A stretch of 64,000 nucleotides of DNA from Bacteroidota bacterium. GTDB taxonomy: Bacteria > Bacteroidota > Bacteroidia > Bacteroidales > Porphyromonadaceae. The DNA lies in the NCBI GenBank assembly GCA_023395395.1, contig JAEWZH010000018.1, forward strand, positions 13,187 to 77,186, read 5' to 3'. The notes below the pieces were generated by a model that was given only the letters and a program-made list of their open reading frames with translations, searched no databases and was not told the origin of the DNA. Below are positions 1 to 9,932 of the stretch, piece after piece. A program made the position numbers and the translations under genes. Every line of letters starts with the position of its first letter. The first letter of the stretch is position 1.

Positions 1-80
1 TGCGCCAGATACGTGAGAAAGCAATTAGACAGCTCAGAAAGAATGCTGATGAAACACAATTACGTAGCTATCTAGGATGA
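1..80 (+). CDS. rpoD: RNA polymerase sigma-70 factor, 3' end only (partial)
   Basis: Manual translation RQIREKAIRQLRKNADETQLRSYLG* matches the region 4.2 C-terminus of the Bacteroidota primary sigma factor. Confidence 0.8.
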   Translation, partial: RQIREKAIRQLRKNADETQLRSYLG

Positions 81-106
81 CTATGTAATTGTAACTACGA
101 TATTTG

Positions 107-144
107 GGGAATAGCGCTATAGGGCGCTATTCCCTTTATTTTTT
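107..144 (+). terminator. Intrinsic terminator after the sigma factor gene
   Basis: Stem GGGAATAGCGC / GCGCTATTCCC followed by a T-rich run. Confidence 0.8.
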
Positions 145-177
145 GTACCTTTAGCAGACCAAGAGAATAGTGCAATT

Positions 178-1776
178 ATGAAGACATACGAATACGATTA
201 TATTGTGGTAGGTGGAGGGTTATCTGGTATCAATACCTCCTACTATCTGTCCAAACTTGGGAGAGTAGCATTGCTGTCTTTGGCAACGCTTGAGGATAGT
301 AATTCTTACTTTGCTCAGGGGGGTATGGCTGCGGTTACTAATCCTAGCGATAGTCCTGAAAAACATCTTCAAGATACTTTGGTAGCGGGAGCTGGTTTGT
401 GTGATTTAGAAGCCGTCCGAGTACTTACCGAGGATGCCCCGAAGCGAGTGGACGAACTAATCGCATTGGGGATGCAGTTTGATACAAAAAATGGTGAACT
501 AGAGCTGGGGCTAGAAGGTGGGCATCACCAACATCGTATCCTTCATGCAGGAGGAGATGCAACGGGCAAACAGATTACTAGCTTTATGATTAATGAGCTA
601 GCTAAGGAGAAAAATGTGGACATTTTTGAGGGGCACGCACTGCTCGAACTGATTGTCAGCGACAATCATTGCTATGGAATTTGGGTAGTGAATATTAAAG
701 ATGCTACAATAGAGGCTTTTTATGCTAAATCTGTGGTAATTGCGACCGGTGGAGCTGCAGCTCTTTACAGACCTACGACGAATCCTCCCTCTGCTCTGGG
801 CGATGGTCTTTCTATTGCCTATCAAGCAGGTGCGATAGTCAGAGATATGGAATTTATCCAATTTCACCCTACCGCATTGCATGCCAAGGGAGCTCCTACT
901 TTTTTGATTAGTGAGGCGGTCAGAGGAGAGGGGGCATATCTGCTTAATCCTGATGGAGAGAGGTTTATGGTAGGGCGTCACCCTATGGCGGAGTTGGCTC
1001 CAAGGGATATTGTCGCTCGAGAGATATACAGTGAGATGCAAAAATACGATACTGATTCAATGACGCTTTCACTTAAGCATCTTGATCCCGATGTGATTCG
1101 TGAACGCTTCCCAAGTATCACATCAGAGCTCTCGAACTTTGGTTTCGACCTTACTCAGGAGATACCCATTGCCCCAGCAGCCCACTATACAGTTGGAGGT
1201 CTATTAGTAGACATCAATGGACGCACATCTATTGAGGGCTTATACGCAGTCGGAGAGGTAGCTTCTACTGGTGTGATGGGAGCCAATAGATTGGCGAGTA
1301 ATTCTCTTGTGGAATGCGTGGTTTTTGCCAAGAAAATTGTGGCACATATTCAGGACTGCAATCGCCCTATATTACCGCAGAAAGATAGAATACTCCTCTC
1401 CAGTAACATGAAATTTGATTTTACATTTAACGATCAAGATTGGATGGAAGAGCATGGTAATAAGCTGATGAAGCGGCTAGGAAAGCTCTTAATGAAGCGT
1501 GCAGGAATAGTGCGTAGTGCCAAGAAGCTCAATAAAGCGCTACTTGAGATTACTGATACCATGCAACAGCTAGAGGAATTAAATAATATTAGTTTTGCAG
1601 CTCGCCAGGTCTACAACAGATACCTAGTGGGGAGCTTAATCGTCCTGTCTGCTCATAGTCGTGAAGAAAGTAGAGGAGGTCACTATCGGAAGGATTATCC
1701 GGAGACTCTTCCAGCAAAGCAAGCTTATCATACATTAATAAAGGATAATCATATTAGTAAAATAAAGCATGGGTAG
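178..1776 (+). CDS. nadB: L-aspartate oxidase
   Basis: GGGLSG FAD motif, SYFAQGG, EGGH, QFHPT, HYTVGG, GANRLASNSL; adjacent to nadC and nadA. Confidence 0.95.
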   Translation: MKTYEYDYIVVGGGLSGINTSYYLSKLGRVALLSLATLEDSNSYFAQGGMAAVTNPSDSPEKHLQDTLVAGAGLCDLEAVRVLTEDAPKRVDELIALGMQFDTKNGELELGLEGGHHQHRILHAGGDATGKQITSFMINELAKEKNVDIFEGHALLELIVSDNHCYGIWVVNIKDATIEAFYAKSVVIATGGAAALYRPTTNPPSALGDGLSIAYQAGAIVRDMEFIQFHPTALHAKGAPTFLISEAVRGEGAYLLNPDGERFMVGRHPMAELAPRDIVAREIYSEMQKYDTDSMTLSLKHLDPDVIRERFPSITSELSNFGFDLTQEIPIAPAAHYTVGGLLVDINGRTSIEGLYAVGEVASTGVMGANRLASNSLVECVVFAKKIVAHIQDCNRPILPQKDRILLSSNMKFDFTFNDQDWMEEHGNKLMKRLGKLLMKRAGIVRSAKKLNKALLEITDTMQQLEELNNISFAARQVYNRYLVGSLIVLSAHSREESRGGHYRKDYPETLPAKQAYHTLIKDNHISKIKHG

Positions 1777-2620
1777 TAGGATATTAAGAGAGGAGCTTCT
1801 TGATAAGCTTATTGAGATAGCCATTGAGGAGGATGTCGCTTCTGGCGACTTGGCAACAGATGCAATCATTGGAGGAGATGGTGTATCGCAAGCTATTATC
1901 ACAGCCAAGGCTGATGGCGTGATTTCGGGTATTGGAGTAGCTCGGAAAGTTTTTGCACGTGTTGCTAGTGGAGACTATTCTTTTGACGCCTATTTAAATG
2001 ATGGTGATTTTGTGAAAAAGGGAGATAAGATACTCGAAATAAAAGGTCGATATAACGATTTACTTATTGCTGAGAGATTAATGCTCAACTTCTTACAAAG
2101 GATGTCGGGTATTGCAACTGCAACCCATCTGCTTGTTTCGCTGATAAAGGGGACAAAAGCAGTGGTTCTGGATACCCGTAAAACAGCCCCAGGTCATAGG
2201 GTAACAGATAAGTTGGCAGTACGTCATGGAGGAGGAGCTAACCACCGAATGGGGCTTTATGACATGGCCATGATCAAGGACAATCACATTAAAGCTGCAG
2301 GGGGTATTACTAATGCAATTAAGCAGGTAAGATCAGTAAGTCCACTTTCTGTCAAGATAGAAGTCGAGGCCACCAACCTAAAGGAGGTTGAGGAAGCCTT
2401 GGCAGGTGGTGCCGACATCATCATGCTGGATAATATGACCACAGAGGCAATGAAAGAGGCAATCACAATTATCGCAGGGCGATCAAAAACAGAGGCATCT
2501 GGTAATATCACTGCAGAGCGTATTAGAGAAGTGGCAGAGACGGGAGTGGACTATATCAGTGTAGGAGCTTTGACCCATAGTGTAAAGGCATTAGATATGA
2601 GTATGAACTTTAAGATTTAA
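1769..2620 (+). CDS. nadC: Quinolinate phosphoribosyltransferase
   Basis: DTRKTAPG, NHRMGL, IKDNH, MLDN, EASGNI motifs. Confidence 0.95.
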   Translation: MGSRILREELLDKLIEIAIEEDVASGDLATDAIIGGDGVSQAIITAKADGVISGIGVARKVFARVASGDYSFDAYLNDGDFVKKGDKILEIKGRYNDLLIAERLMLNFLQRMSGIATATHLLVSLIKGTKAVVLDTRKTAPGHRVTDKLAVRHGGGANHRMGLYDMAMIKDNHIKAAGGITNAIKQVRSVSPLSVKIEVEATNLKEVEEALAGGADIIMLDNMTTEAMKEAITIIAGRSKTEASGNITAERIREVAETGVDYISVGALTHSVKALDMSMNFKI

Positions 2621-3546
2621 TGTCTATGAAACGGCTTATTGAAGAGATTAAAAGGCTGAAGAAGGAGAAGAATGCTGTTATTTTAGGACACTACTATGTA
2701 CGCCCTGAGGTACAAGCTATAGCTGATTACTTAGGGGACTCTCTCGGGCTTTCTCGGATTGCGGGTGAAACGGATGCAGATATCATTGTCTTTTGTGGCG
2801 TGGAGTTTATGGCTGAGACTGCTTCTATTATCTCTCCTAATAAAAAAGTGTTGATTCCTGTGCAGGGTGCAGGCTGTACTCTAGCAGAGTCAGTTACGGC
2901 AGCGGGTATTAATACTTGGAAGGTAAAACATCCCGAGGGGATAGTTGTCAGCTATGTCAATACAACCGCAGAGGTCAAGGCTGTGACTGACTACTGTGTG
3001 ACATCTGCCAACGCACTAAAGATTGTTCAACAATTACCCGAGAATAGACCTATTCTATTTGGTCCAGATAAGAATCTCGGTCAGTATGTCAATCTTGTGA
3101 CAGGGAGAAATATGGATTTATGGCAGGGTGATTGTTACGTGCATAGGCACATAACTTCTGAAGTAGTATTCTATTTCTTAGAACAGTATCCAGAGGCTGA
3201 GTTGCTTTTGCATCCGGAGGCAGTGTCATGCGGTGATAAAGAGGTGCTTAATCATGATAGGGTCATTGTAGGCTCTACCACTACTATCATGACACGTCCA
3301 GCCGAGAGCCACCGACAGCAGTTTCTTATTGCCACGGAGCCAGAAACACTTGCTGAATTGACGCGTAAATATCCATCGCTAGAGTTCATAGCAGTAGTTC
3401 CAGATCGTACTTGCGAGTATATGAAACTTACAACGCTTGAGGATGTACGTGATGCTCTGCTTTTTGAGCGTCACGAAGTGAAGGTACCTAAGGATATTCG
3501 TGATAAGGCAATTTTATCAATTGACAGGATGCTAGCACTCTCATAA
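2620..3546 (+). CDS. nadA: Quinolinate synthase
   Basis: GHYY, GDSL, CGVEFMAE, YVNT; three Fe-S cysteines (AGCTLA, DCYVH, TCEYMK). Confidence 0.95.
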   Translation: MSMKRLIEEIKRLKKEKNAVILGHYYVRPEVQAIADYLGDSLGLSRIAGETDADIIVFCGVEFMAETASIISPNKKVLIPVQGAGCTLAESVTAAGINTWKVKHPEGIVVSYVNTTAEVKAVTDYCVTSANALKIVQQLPENRPILFGPDKNLGQYVNLVTGRNMDLWQGDCYVHRHITSEVVFYFLEQYPEAELLLHPEAVSCGDKEVLNHDRVIVGSTTTIMTRPAESHRQQFLIATEPETLAELTRKYPSLEFIAVVPDRTCEYMKLTTLEDVRDALLFERHEVKVPKDIRDKAILSIDRMLALS

Positions 3547-3560
3547 ATTGACTCATAACC

Positions 3561-3592
3561 TTTGGGTGTCTCAAAAGAAAAGAGTAAATTTG
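3561..3592 (+). promoter_or_regulatory. Bacteroidota sigma-70 promoter for the glucan operon
   Basis: TTTG (3561-3564), 20 nt, TAAATTTG (3585-3592): full -33/-7 consensus. Confidence 0.7.
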
Positions 3593-3687
3593 GGCAAACA
3601 TAGAGCACTTCCTCAAAAGTCGTGACTTCGAGGTACAACCCTATGATAATTTAGGCTAGAATGGGATATTAAGAAGGAGTTTTTCCA

Positions 3688-5745
3688 ATGAGTTACCTCA
3701 AATTTGATAGATCGGTTCTTACGAATATTAGTGAATCTCTTCAGAGGGAGATCCTCCTAGCAAATAGCAAGGGGGCGTACTATTGTTCGACTATTTTAGG
3801 TTGCAATACCCGAAAATATCATGGTATGCTGATTGTCCCAGCTTCGAGTCAATTGGCTGATCGGTGGGTACTTTTGTCCTCTTTAGATGAAACTGTGATC
3901 CAACATGGAGCCGAGTTCAATCTCGCTGTACATAAGTATTCGAATGGAACTTTCAGCCCAAATGGGCACAAATATGTTCGGGAGTTTGACGTGGAGCGTG
4001 CAACGACCACCGTATACAGGGTAGGCGGCGTCGTTTTGGAGAAGCAGTTACTCCTCTCTAGCACTAACAACCAGTTAATCATTAGGTATAAGCTCCTTGA
4101 TGCACACTCTCGCACGACACTTCGACTCAAGCCACTTTTAGCTTTTAGGAAGACAAAGGAACTGACCTATGAAAATAGTCAGGTTAATTGGAGCTATCGA
4201 GAGGAGAAAAATGGAATTTCAATGTGCCTATACGAAGGGGCACCTAGGTTGTACATTCAACTCTCAAAGTCTAATGTTTTTACGCATGCACCACACTGGA
4301 ATAAAAACCACTACTATGACAAAGAGGCAGAAAGAGGGCATAATTGCATAGAGGATTTGCCAGTGCCAGGAGTATTTGAATGCGAAATCAAGAAAGGAGA
4401 AGAAATATTCTGTTCTATCTCTGATGTCGCAATAAGTACCAATGATATCCATACTCAGTTTGAAGATAACCTCTCGCAGATTATCCCTCGTGATAGCTTT
4501 ACTAATTGCCTCAAGAGTGCTGTAGGTCAATACTACTTTGCCCTGAAGGAGGGCAAGAGTTACCTCCAAGCAGGATTCCCATGGTTTAATATCCGTCACA
4601 GAGATCAAATGATCGGACTGACGGCTGCGAGTTTTGGCATAGATAAGCCAGAAAGATTTAAGGCGGTCATGGATACTGCTTTAGAGGCTATTTGGAAATA
4701 TTATGATGAGGGAATAAAAGACGAGATTATCACTGGTATTGACCAACCAGATGCACTCCTTTGGTTAATCAATTGTATTCAAGACTACTCCAGATGGGTT
4801 GGAATGGATAAGGCACGTCTGGAGTACGGGGATACAATTAAGAAAGCGCTCAATATAATTCGTTCGGGAAAAGTCGACCAGATGCGCATAATGGATAATG
4901 GGTTGCTATACGCTATTCCTAATCGAATTGATAAACCAATTACATGGATGGATGCTACGATCAATGGTTATCCAGTAGTTGATAGGCAGGGATATATTGT
5001 TGAATACAATGCTCTGTGGTACAATGCTCTTTGCTTCTATAGAGATCTTTTCGAAGTGGAGGACTTGAGCGAGAATGATTTTATAGATCGAGTATCTGAA
5101 AGCTTTATCAGAGTATTTGTCAATGAATATGACTATCTCTTTGACTATGTAGCAGAGGGAAGAGAGAAAGATTGGAGCGTGAGACCGAACCAGATCTTGG
5201 CTGCAGGACTTTCATATTCTCCCCTCTCGCGAAGACTACAGAGAAATATACTTGATATCGTAACGAAGGAGCTACTCACTCCTAAAGGGCTGCGTACTTT
5301 ATCTCCCATAAGTGGTTTTTATAGAGGGTACTGTGCTGGGAATGACAGCGAAAGGGCTTATTCATATTTACAAGGAGGGGTGTGGAGCTGGCTTGTATAT
5401 TACTATTTGAGTGCTTACCTCAAGTTATTTAGAAGAGTAGGGGTCTCCTTTGTCGATAGAATCCTGATTCCATTTGAGGACGAAATGAAGCGCCATGGTA
5501 TTTGTAATATTTCCGAGGTATACGATGGTACTCCACCGTACGTAGGAAGGAGTGCGATGTCATTTATGTTGAGCGTGACAGCACTGCTACGTATCAAAAA
5601 TAGGCTGAATGAGTTTGAGGAGTTTGAGACGGACGATATTTTTGACCTTCGCTTAAGTCTCACGTCACACCACAAAAGCTCCCCTGATGCAGGTCTTGAG
5701 GCTGTAGAGGATAGTAAGAAAGGAGAAGAATGGGAGGAAGCGTAA
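3688..5745 (+). CDS. Glycogen debranching enzyme family (amylo-alpha-1,6-glucosidase-like)
   Basis: N-terminal NTRKYHG, AGFPWF, TWMDA, VEYNALWYNAL, RPNQ, GLRTLSP; followed by GT4 and GH57 genes. Confidence 0.85.
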   Translation: MSYLKFDRSVLTNISESLQREILLANSKGAYYCSTILGCNTRKYHGMLIVPASSQLADRWVLLSSLDETVIQHGAEFNLAVHKYSNGTFSPNGHKYVREFDVERATTTVYRVGGVVLEKQLLLSSTNNQLIIRYKLLDAHSRTTLRLKPLLAFRKTKELTYENSQVNWSYREEKNGISMCLYEGAPRLYIQLSKSNVFTHAPHWNKNHYYDKEAERGHNCIEDLPVPGVFECEIKKGEEIFCSISDVAISTNDIHTQFEDNLSQIIPRDSFTNCLKSAVGQYYFALKEGKSYLQAGFPWFNIRHRDQMIGLTAASFGIDKPERFKAVMDTALEAIWKYYDEGIKDEIITGIDQPDALLWLINCIQDYSRWVGMDKARLEYGDTIKKALNIIRSGKVDQMRIMDNGLLYAIPNRIDKPITWMDATINGYPVVDRQGYIVEYNALWYNALCFYRDLFEVEDLSENDFIDRVSESFIRVFVNEYDYLFDYVAEGREKDWSVRPNQILAAGLSYSPLSRRLQRNILDIVTKELLTPKGLRTLSPISGFYRGYCAGNDSERAYSYLQGGVWSWLVYYYLSAYLKLFRRVGVSFVDRILIPFEDEMKRHGICNISEVYDGTPPYVGRSAMSFMLSVTALLRIKNRLNEFEEFETDDIFDLRLSLTSHHKSSPDAGLEAVEDSKKGEEWEEA

Positions 5746-5749
5746 AGAT

Positions 5750-7015
5750 ATGAAAGCATTAATGTTTGGTTGGGAGTTTCCGCCACATATTCTTGGAGGA
5801 CTAGGTACTGCTAGCTACGGTCTTACTCGGGGGCTCTGTAAACAAGAGGATATGGAGGTAACCTTTGTGATGCCTAAACCTTGGGGAGACGAAGATAAGT
5901 CTTTCATGAGGATTATCGGGATGTCTCAAGTGCCGGTGGTATATCGCAATGTGGAATATGACCAAGTAAAGGAAAAAATCGGGCATCTTATCGAGCCAGA
6001 ATTGTATTTCCACTTGCGCAACCATATTTACGCCGACTTTAGCTACCTATTTACTAATGAGTTTGGATGTATAGAATTTTCGGGAAAATACCAAGACAAC
6101 CTTTACGAAGAAATCAATAACTACTCAATATCAGCAGGGATAATTGCTCGCGCTGAACATTTTGATATTATCCACGCACATGACTGGCTCACCTATTCAG
6201 CAGGCATTCACGCCAAGCAGATATTGGGTAAACCTCTTGTGGTACACGTACATGCAACGGACTTTGATCGCAGCCGTGGTAATGTCAATCCACAGGTGTA
6301 TAATATGGAGAAGAATGGTTTTGATCATGCAGACCATATTATGTGTGTAAGTGAAGCGACTCGCAGGATTGTGATAGAAAAATACCACCAGAATCCATGT
6401 AAGGTAACTGCTGTGCACAACGCTGTGACACCATTGGATCCTTCGATTTTGGCAATTCCTGATAAGAGGGGGGTTAAGGAGAAGATCATTACTTTTTTGG
6501 GGCGAATAACGATGCAAAAAGGACCGGAATTCTTTGTCGAGGCGGCTTACAGAGTACTACAAAAGACCAATGATGTTCGATTCATAATGGCTGGTAATGG
6601 TGACATGATGGATCAGATGATTCGCCTTTCTGCTGAACGAGGTATCAGTGATCACTTCCATTTTACAGGCTTTATGAAAGGGAATCAAGTATACGAGATT
6701 TACAAGGCAAGTGACGTATATGTCATGCCTTCGGTCTCAGAGCCATTTGGGATTGCTCCTCTTGAGGCAATGCAGTGCGGAGTCCCTTGTATTATTTCCA
6801 AACAGTCTGGGTGTGCTGAGATTCTCGATTATGCTATCAAAGTTGACTACTGGGATGTAGATGCCCTTGCAGATGCGATGTACGCGTTGGTGACCTATCC
6901 AGCAATGCATAGTTTTCTCTCTGAGGAAGGGCTCAAAGAAGTCAATAATATTAAGTGGGAAGATGTAGGTATAAAGATAAGGGGTATTTACGATCAGCTA
7001 CTCTCTTCAAAGTAA
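5750..7015 (+). CDS. Glycosyltransferase family 4 (glycogen-synthase-like)
   Basis: WEFPP..GGLG, HAHDW, SEPFGIAPLEA motifs. Confidence 0.9.
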   Translation: MKALMFGWEFPPHILGGLGTASYGLTRGLCKQEDMEVTFVMPKPWGDEDKSFMRIIGMSQVPVVYRNVEYDQVKEKIGHLIEPELYFHLRNHIYADFSYLFTNEFGCIEFSGKYQDNLYEEINNYSISAGIIARAEHFDIIHAHDWLTYSAGIHAKQILGKPLVVHVHATDFDRSRGNVNPQVYNMEKNGFDHADHIMCVSEATRRIVIEKYHQNPCKVTAVHNAVTPLDPSILAIPDKRGVKEKIITFLGRITMQKGPEFFVEAAYRVLQKTNDVRFIMAGNGDMMDQMIRLSAERGISDHFHFTGFMKGNQVYEIYKASDVYVMPSVSEPFGIAPLEAMQCGVPCIISKQSGCAEILDYAIKVDYWDVDALADAMYALVTYPAMHSFLSEEGLKEVNNIKWEDVGIKIRGIYDQLLSSK

Positions 7016-7034
7016 ATTACGAAAAGGCTACGAT

Positions 7035-8324
7035 ATGAAAAAGAAAATTTGTTTCATCTTTCAGCTCCATCAGCCATTTAGGCTCAAGCGTTATCGTTTC
7101 TTTGATATTGGTAACGATCACTACTATTTCGATGATTTCCAAAACGAGGAAATCTTTAGGAAAGCTACTCGAGAGTCCTATATCCCCGCTTTAAAACTCT
7201 TTCTCGAACAGATTAAAGAATTTGAGGGAGACCTTAAGTTTGCATTCGCCATCTCAGGGCTTGCCTTGGAACAGATTGAGATGTACTCTCCCGAGCTTAT
7301 AGATCTGCTTGTAGAGCTTGTCGAGTCAGGACAGGTGGAACTTCTCGGAGAGACTTACGCTCACAGTCTTGCCTCTCTCTACTGGGAAAAGGCAGAGTTT
7401 AAGGCTCAGACTAAAGAGCACTCTGACAAGCTCGAGAGTATGTTTGGCAGTCGTCCGAAAATATTTAGAAATACTGATCTCATCTATGATGATAGTATTG
7501 CTGACGAACTGGTCAATATGGGCTTTAAAGGCGTGGTCACTGAAGGTGCAAAGCACATCTTGGGTTGGAAGAGTCCGAATAGATTATATTCTAGCGGGAT
7601 TAATCCCAAGCTAAAATTACAACTTCGTAATGCGCGCTTTACGGATGACATAGCCAAAAACTTTTCGAAGTACGACTGGCAAGAGTATCCTCTTACAGCT
7701 GATAAGTATGCTGGTTGGTTGGCTGCTACTCCTGAAAGTGACGAGGTAATTACCATTGATATGAGTCTCGATGTCCTTGGTACAGGGCAGCTTAGCCAAA
7801 GTGGTATCTTTGATTTCTTTAGAGCTCTTCCGAGATTTATTCTAGGGGCAGGACTAGAATTTTCTACCCCTACCGAGGTGATAGATCAGATCAAACCACA
7901 AGATAAACTATCTGTAGCCGAAGCTATTTCGTGGAGTGAAGAAGAAAAAAATACGCTTAGTTGGCTTGGTAATGTACTTCAACATGAAGCATTTCACAAA
8001 CTAGAGCAGTGGGCTGAGCGTATACGGATGTCTCGGAATCGCAGAATTATCCAAGACTGGAGATGTCTACAGAGCTCAGATCATTTTCTATATATGTCCA
8101 CTCAGAATGGTGATGCTTGGCGCTACACCCCGTACGATAGCCCTTATAGTGCTTTCAGCAACTATATGAATGTCTTGAGTGATTTCCTGCTTAGAGTAGA
8201 GGCTGAGTATCCGAGTACAATTGAAAACGAAGAGCTCAATGCACTTCTCACCACAATCCAAAACCAAGGTGATGAGATTGAAAGGTTGTACGAAGAGATT
8301 GCCAAGGCGAAGAAACTGAAATAA
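7035..8324 (+). CDS. Glycoside hydrolase family 57 (alpha-amylase-like)
   Basis: HQP motif, ETYAHSL, FRNT, LQSSDHFLYM. Confidence 0.85.
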   Translation: MKKKICFIFQLHQPFRLKRYRFFDIGNDHYYFDDFQNEEIFRKATRESYIPALKLFLEQIKEFEGDLKFAFAISGLALEQIEMYSPELIDLLVELVESGQVELLGETYAHSLASLYWEKAEFKAQTKEHSDKLESMFGSRPKIFRNTDLIYDDSIADELVNMGFKGVVTEGAKHILGWKSPNRLYSSGINPKLKLQLRNARFTDDIAKNFSKYDWQEYPLTADKYAGWLAATPESDEVITIDMSLDVLGTGQLSQSGIFDFFRALPRFILGAGLEFSTPTEVIDQIKPQDKLSVAEAISWSEEEKNTLSWLGNVLQHEAFHKLEQWAERIRMSRNRRIIQDWRCLQSSDHFLYMSTQNGDAWRYTPYDSPYSAFSNYMNVLSDFLLRVEAEYPSTIENEELNALLTTIQNQGDEIERLYEEIAKAKKLK

Positions 8325-8390
8325 ATGATATATAAGAAGGGAGTTGAGCAATTGGCTTCCTAGTATTAATCCTATATAAGTTTTACTAAT

Positions 8391-9410
8391 ATGAAACAAA
8401 TTGATTGGTCAAACCTTAGTTTTGGCTATTATCCAACCGACTACAACGTTCGTTGCTACTTCCGTGATGGTAAGTGGGGAGAGCTAGAGGTATCCTCTGA
8501 GAAAACCCTAAATATCCACATGGCTGCTACCTGCTTGCATTATGGACAGGAAGCTTTTGAGGGGATGAAAGCATTTCGTGGCAAGGATGGTCGTGTCCGT
8601 CTATTCCGTGCTGTTGAAAACGCAAGACGCATGAATCGTTCTTGTGAGGGTATCATGATGGCTCCAATCCCTGAAGAGCTTTTTTTGGAGGCGATTGACT
8701 TAGTGGTAAAAAAGAATATCGACTATGTGCCTCCATATGAAAGTGGTGCTAGTCTATACATTCGCCCAATCGTAATAGGTCTTGGTGAACAGGTAGGAGT
8801 AAAGCCTGCTACCGATTATCTCTTCTTGGTCTTTGTAACCCCAGTAGGACCATATTTTAAGGAGGGATTCAAGCCTACACCTATGGCTATTATGCGTGGT
8901 TATGACCGCGCAGCTCCGCTCGGAACAGGTACTATTAAAGTGGGTGGCAACTATGCTGCTAGCCTTAAGAGTGGCGTAATTGCCCATAATAAGGGTTATT
9001 CTGCAGTTATCTACTTAGATGCGAAAGAAAAGAAGTATATCGACGAGTGTGGACCAGCTAATTTCTTCGGTATCAAGGGTAATTCATACATTACCCCTGA
9101 GAGTACTTCTATCCTCCCTTCTATTACCAATATGAGTCTTATTCAGATAGCTCAGGATCTTGGTATGACGGTAGAGCGTAGACATGTACCTGTAGAAGAA
9201 CTCGCAGAGTTTGAAGAGGCTGGAGCATGTGGTACTGCCGCTGTTATCTCGCCAATTGCTCGTATTGATGACTTAGATAATGGGAAGGAGTATGTATATT
9301 CAAGGGATGGTCAGGCTGGACCAAAGAGTACACTGCTCTACAATACCCTTCGTGGTATCCAGTATGGTGATATAGAGGACAAGCATGGCTGGATTACTTT
9401 TATAGAGTAG
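8391..9410 (+). CDS. ilvE: Branched-chain amino acid aminotransferase
   Basis: LHYGQEAFEGMKA, LYIRP, KVGGNYA, ILPSIT, GTAAVISP. Confidence 0.95.
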   Translation: MKQIDWSNLSFGYYPTDYNVRCYFRDGKWGELEVSSEKTLNIHMAATCLHYGQEAFEGMKAFRGKDGRVRLFRAVENARRMNRSCEGIMMAPIPEELFLEAIDLVVKKNIDYVPPYESGASLYIRPIVIGLGEQVGVKPATDYLFLVFVTPVGPYFKEGFKPTPMAIMRGYDRAAPLGTGTIKVGGNYAASLKSGVIAHNKGYSAVIYLDAKEKKYIDECGPANFFGIKGNSYITPESTSILPSITNMSLIQIAQDLGMTVERRHVPVEELAEFEEAGACGTAAVISPIARIDDLDNGKEYVYSRDGQAGPKSTLLYNTLRGIQYGDIEDKHGWITFIE

Positions 9411-9433
9411 TGTAAGCGACTCAGTACACAGAT

Positions 9434-9474
9434 AAAAGGTACTAGATAGGATTTATCCATCTAGTACCTTTTTT
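9434..9474. terminator. Intrinsic terminator after ilvE, likely bidirectional
   Basis: AAAAGGTACTAGAT / ATCTAGTACCTTTT stem flanked by A and T tracts. Confidence 0.8.
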
Positions 9475-9523
9475 CTTTCATGTACATAGTCGCGCGTATA
9501 CAATAAAATACCTTGAAGGTCTT

Positions 9524-9621
9524 CTCTATAGAGCAAAAAACTTTCCTCTATAGAGCAAAGAATTCTCCTCTATAGAGGAGAGAAATGTTCTCCATAGAGG
9601 AGATTCTTTTGCTCTATGTAT
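9524..9621. repeat. 22-bp-period CTCTATAGAG array A (5 units)
   Basis: Cores start at 9524, 9546, 9568 (perfect), 9590 (CTCCATAGAG) and 9612 (degenerate). Confidence 0.9.
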
Positions 9622-9846
9622 GGTATTCCTGAAAATAGTACACAGTTTGTTTGTTATTCCTGTTGTTGTTTACACTCTTGATTTGTTATTTCTATAGGTG
9701 TATACACTCTATGTCCTATTGCCCGGTGAGGACACAAAGTTATGGTCATTATTTTGTCGTTTCTGTAAACTATTTGTGAATTAATCCATCCCAAGATACC
9801 TAAAAATGGTGATTGGAGAAATAAATCATAAATAGTTGGTGAAATC

Positions 9847-9878
9847 CTTGGAGATGTACCAATAATAGCCTATCTTTG
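9847..9878 (+). promoter_or_regulatory. sdh operon promoter
   Basis: CTTG, 20 nt, TATCTTTG (9871-9878). Confidence 0.65.
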
Positions 9879-9932
9879 CAAGAAGATGAGTAATAACTAA
9901 TACCTACTTTAAAGAATTTCAACTCTGTTTTT

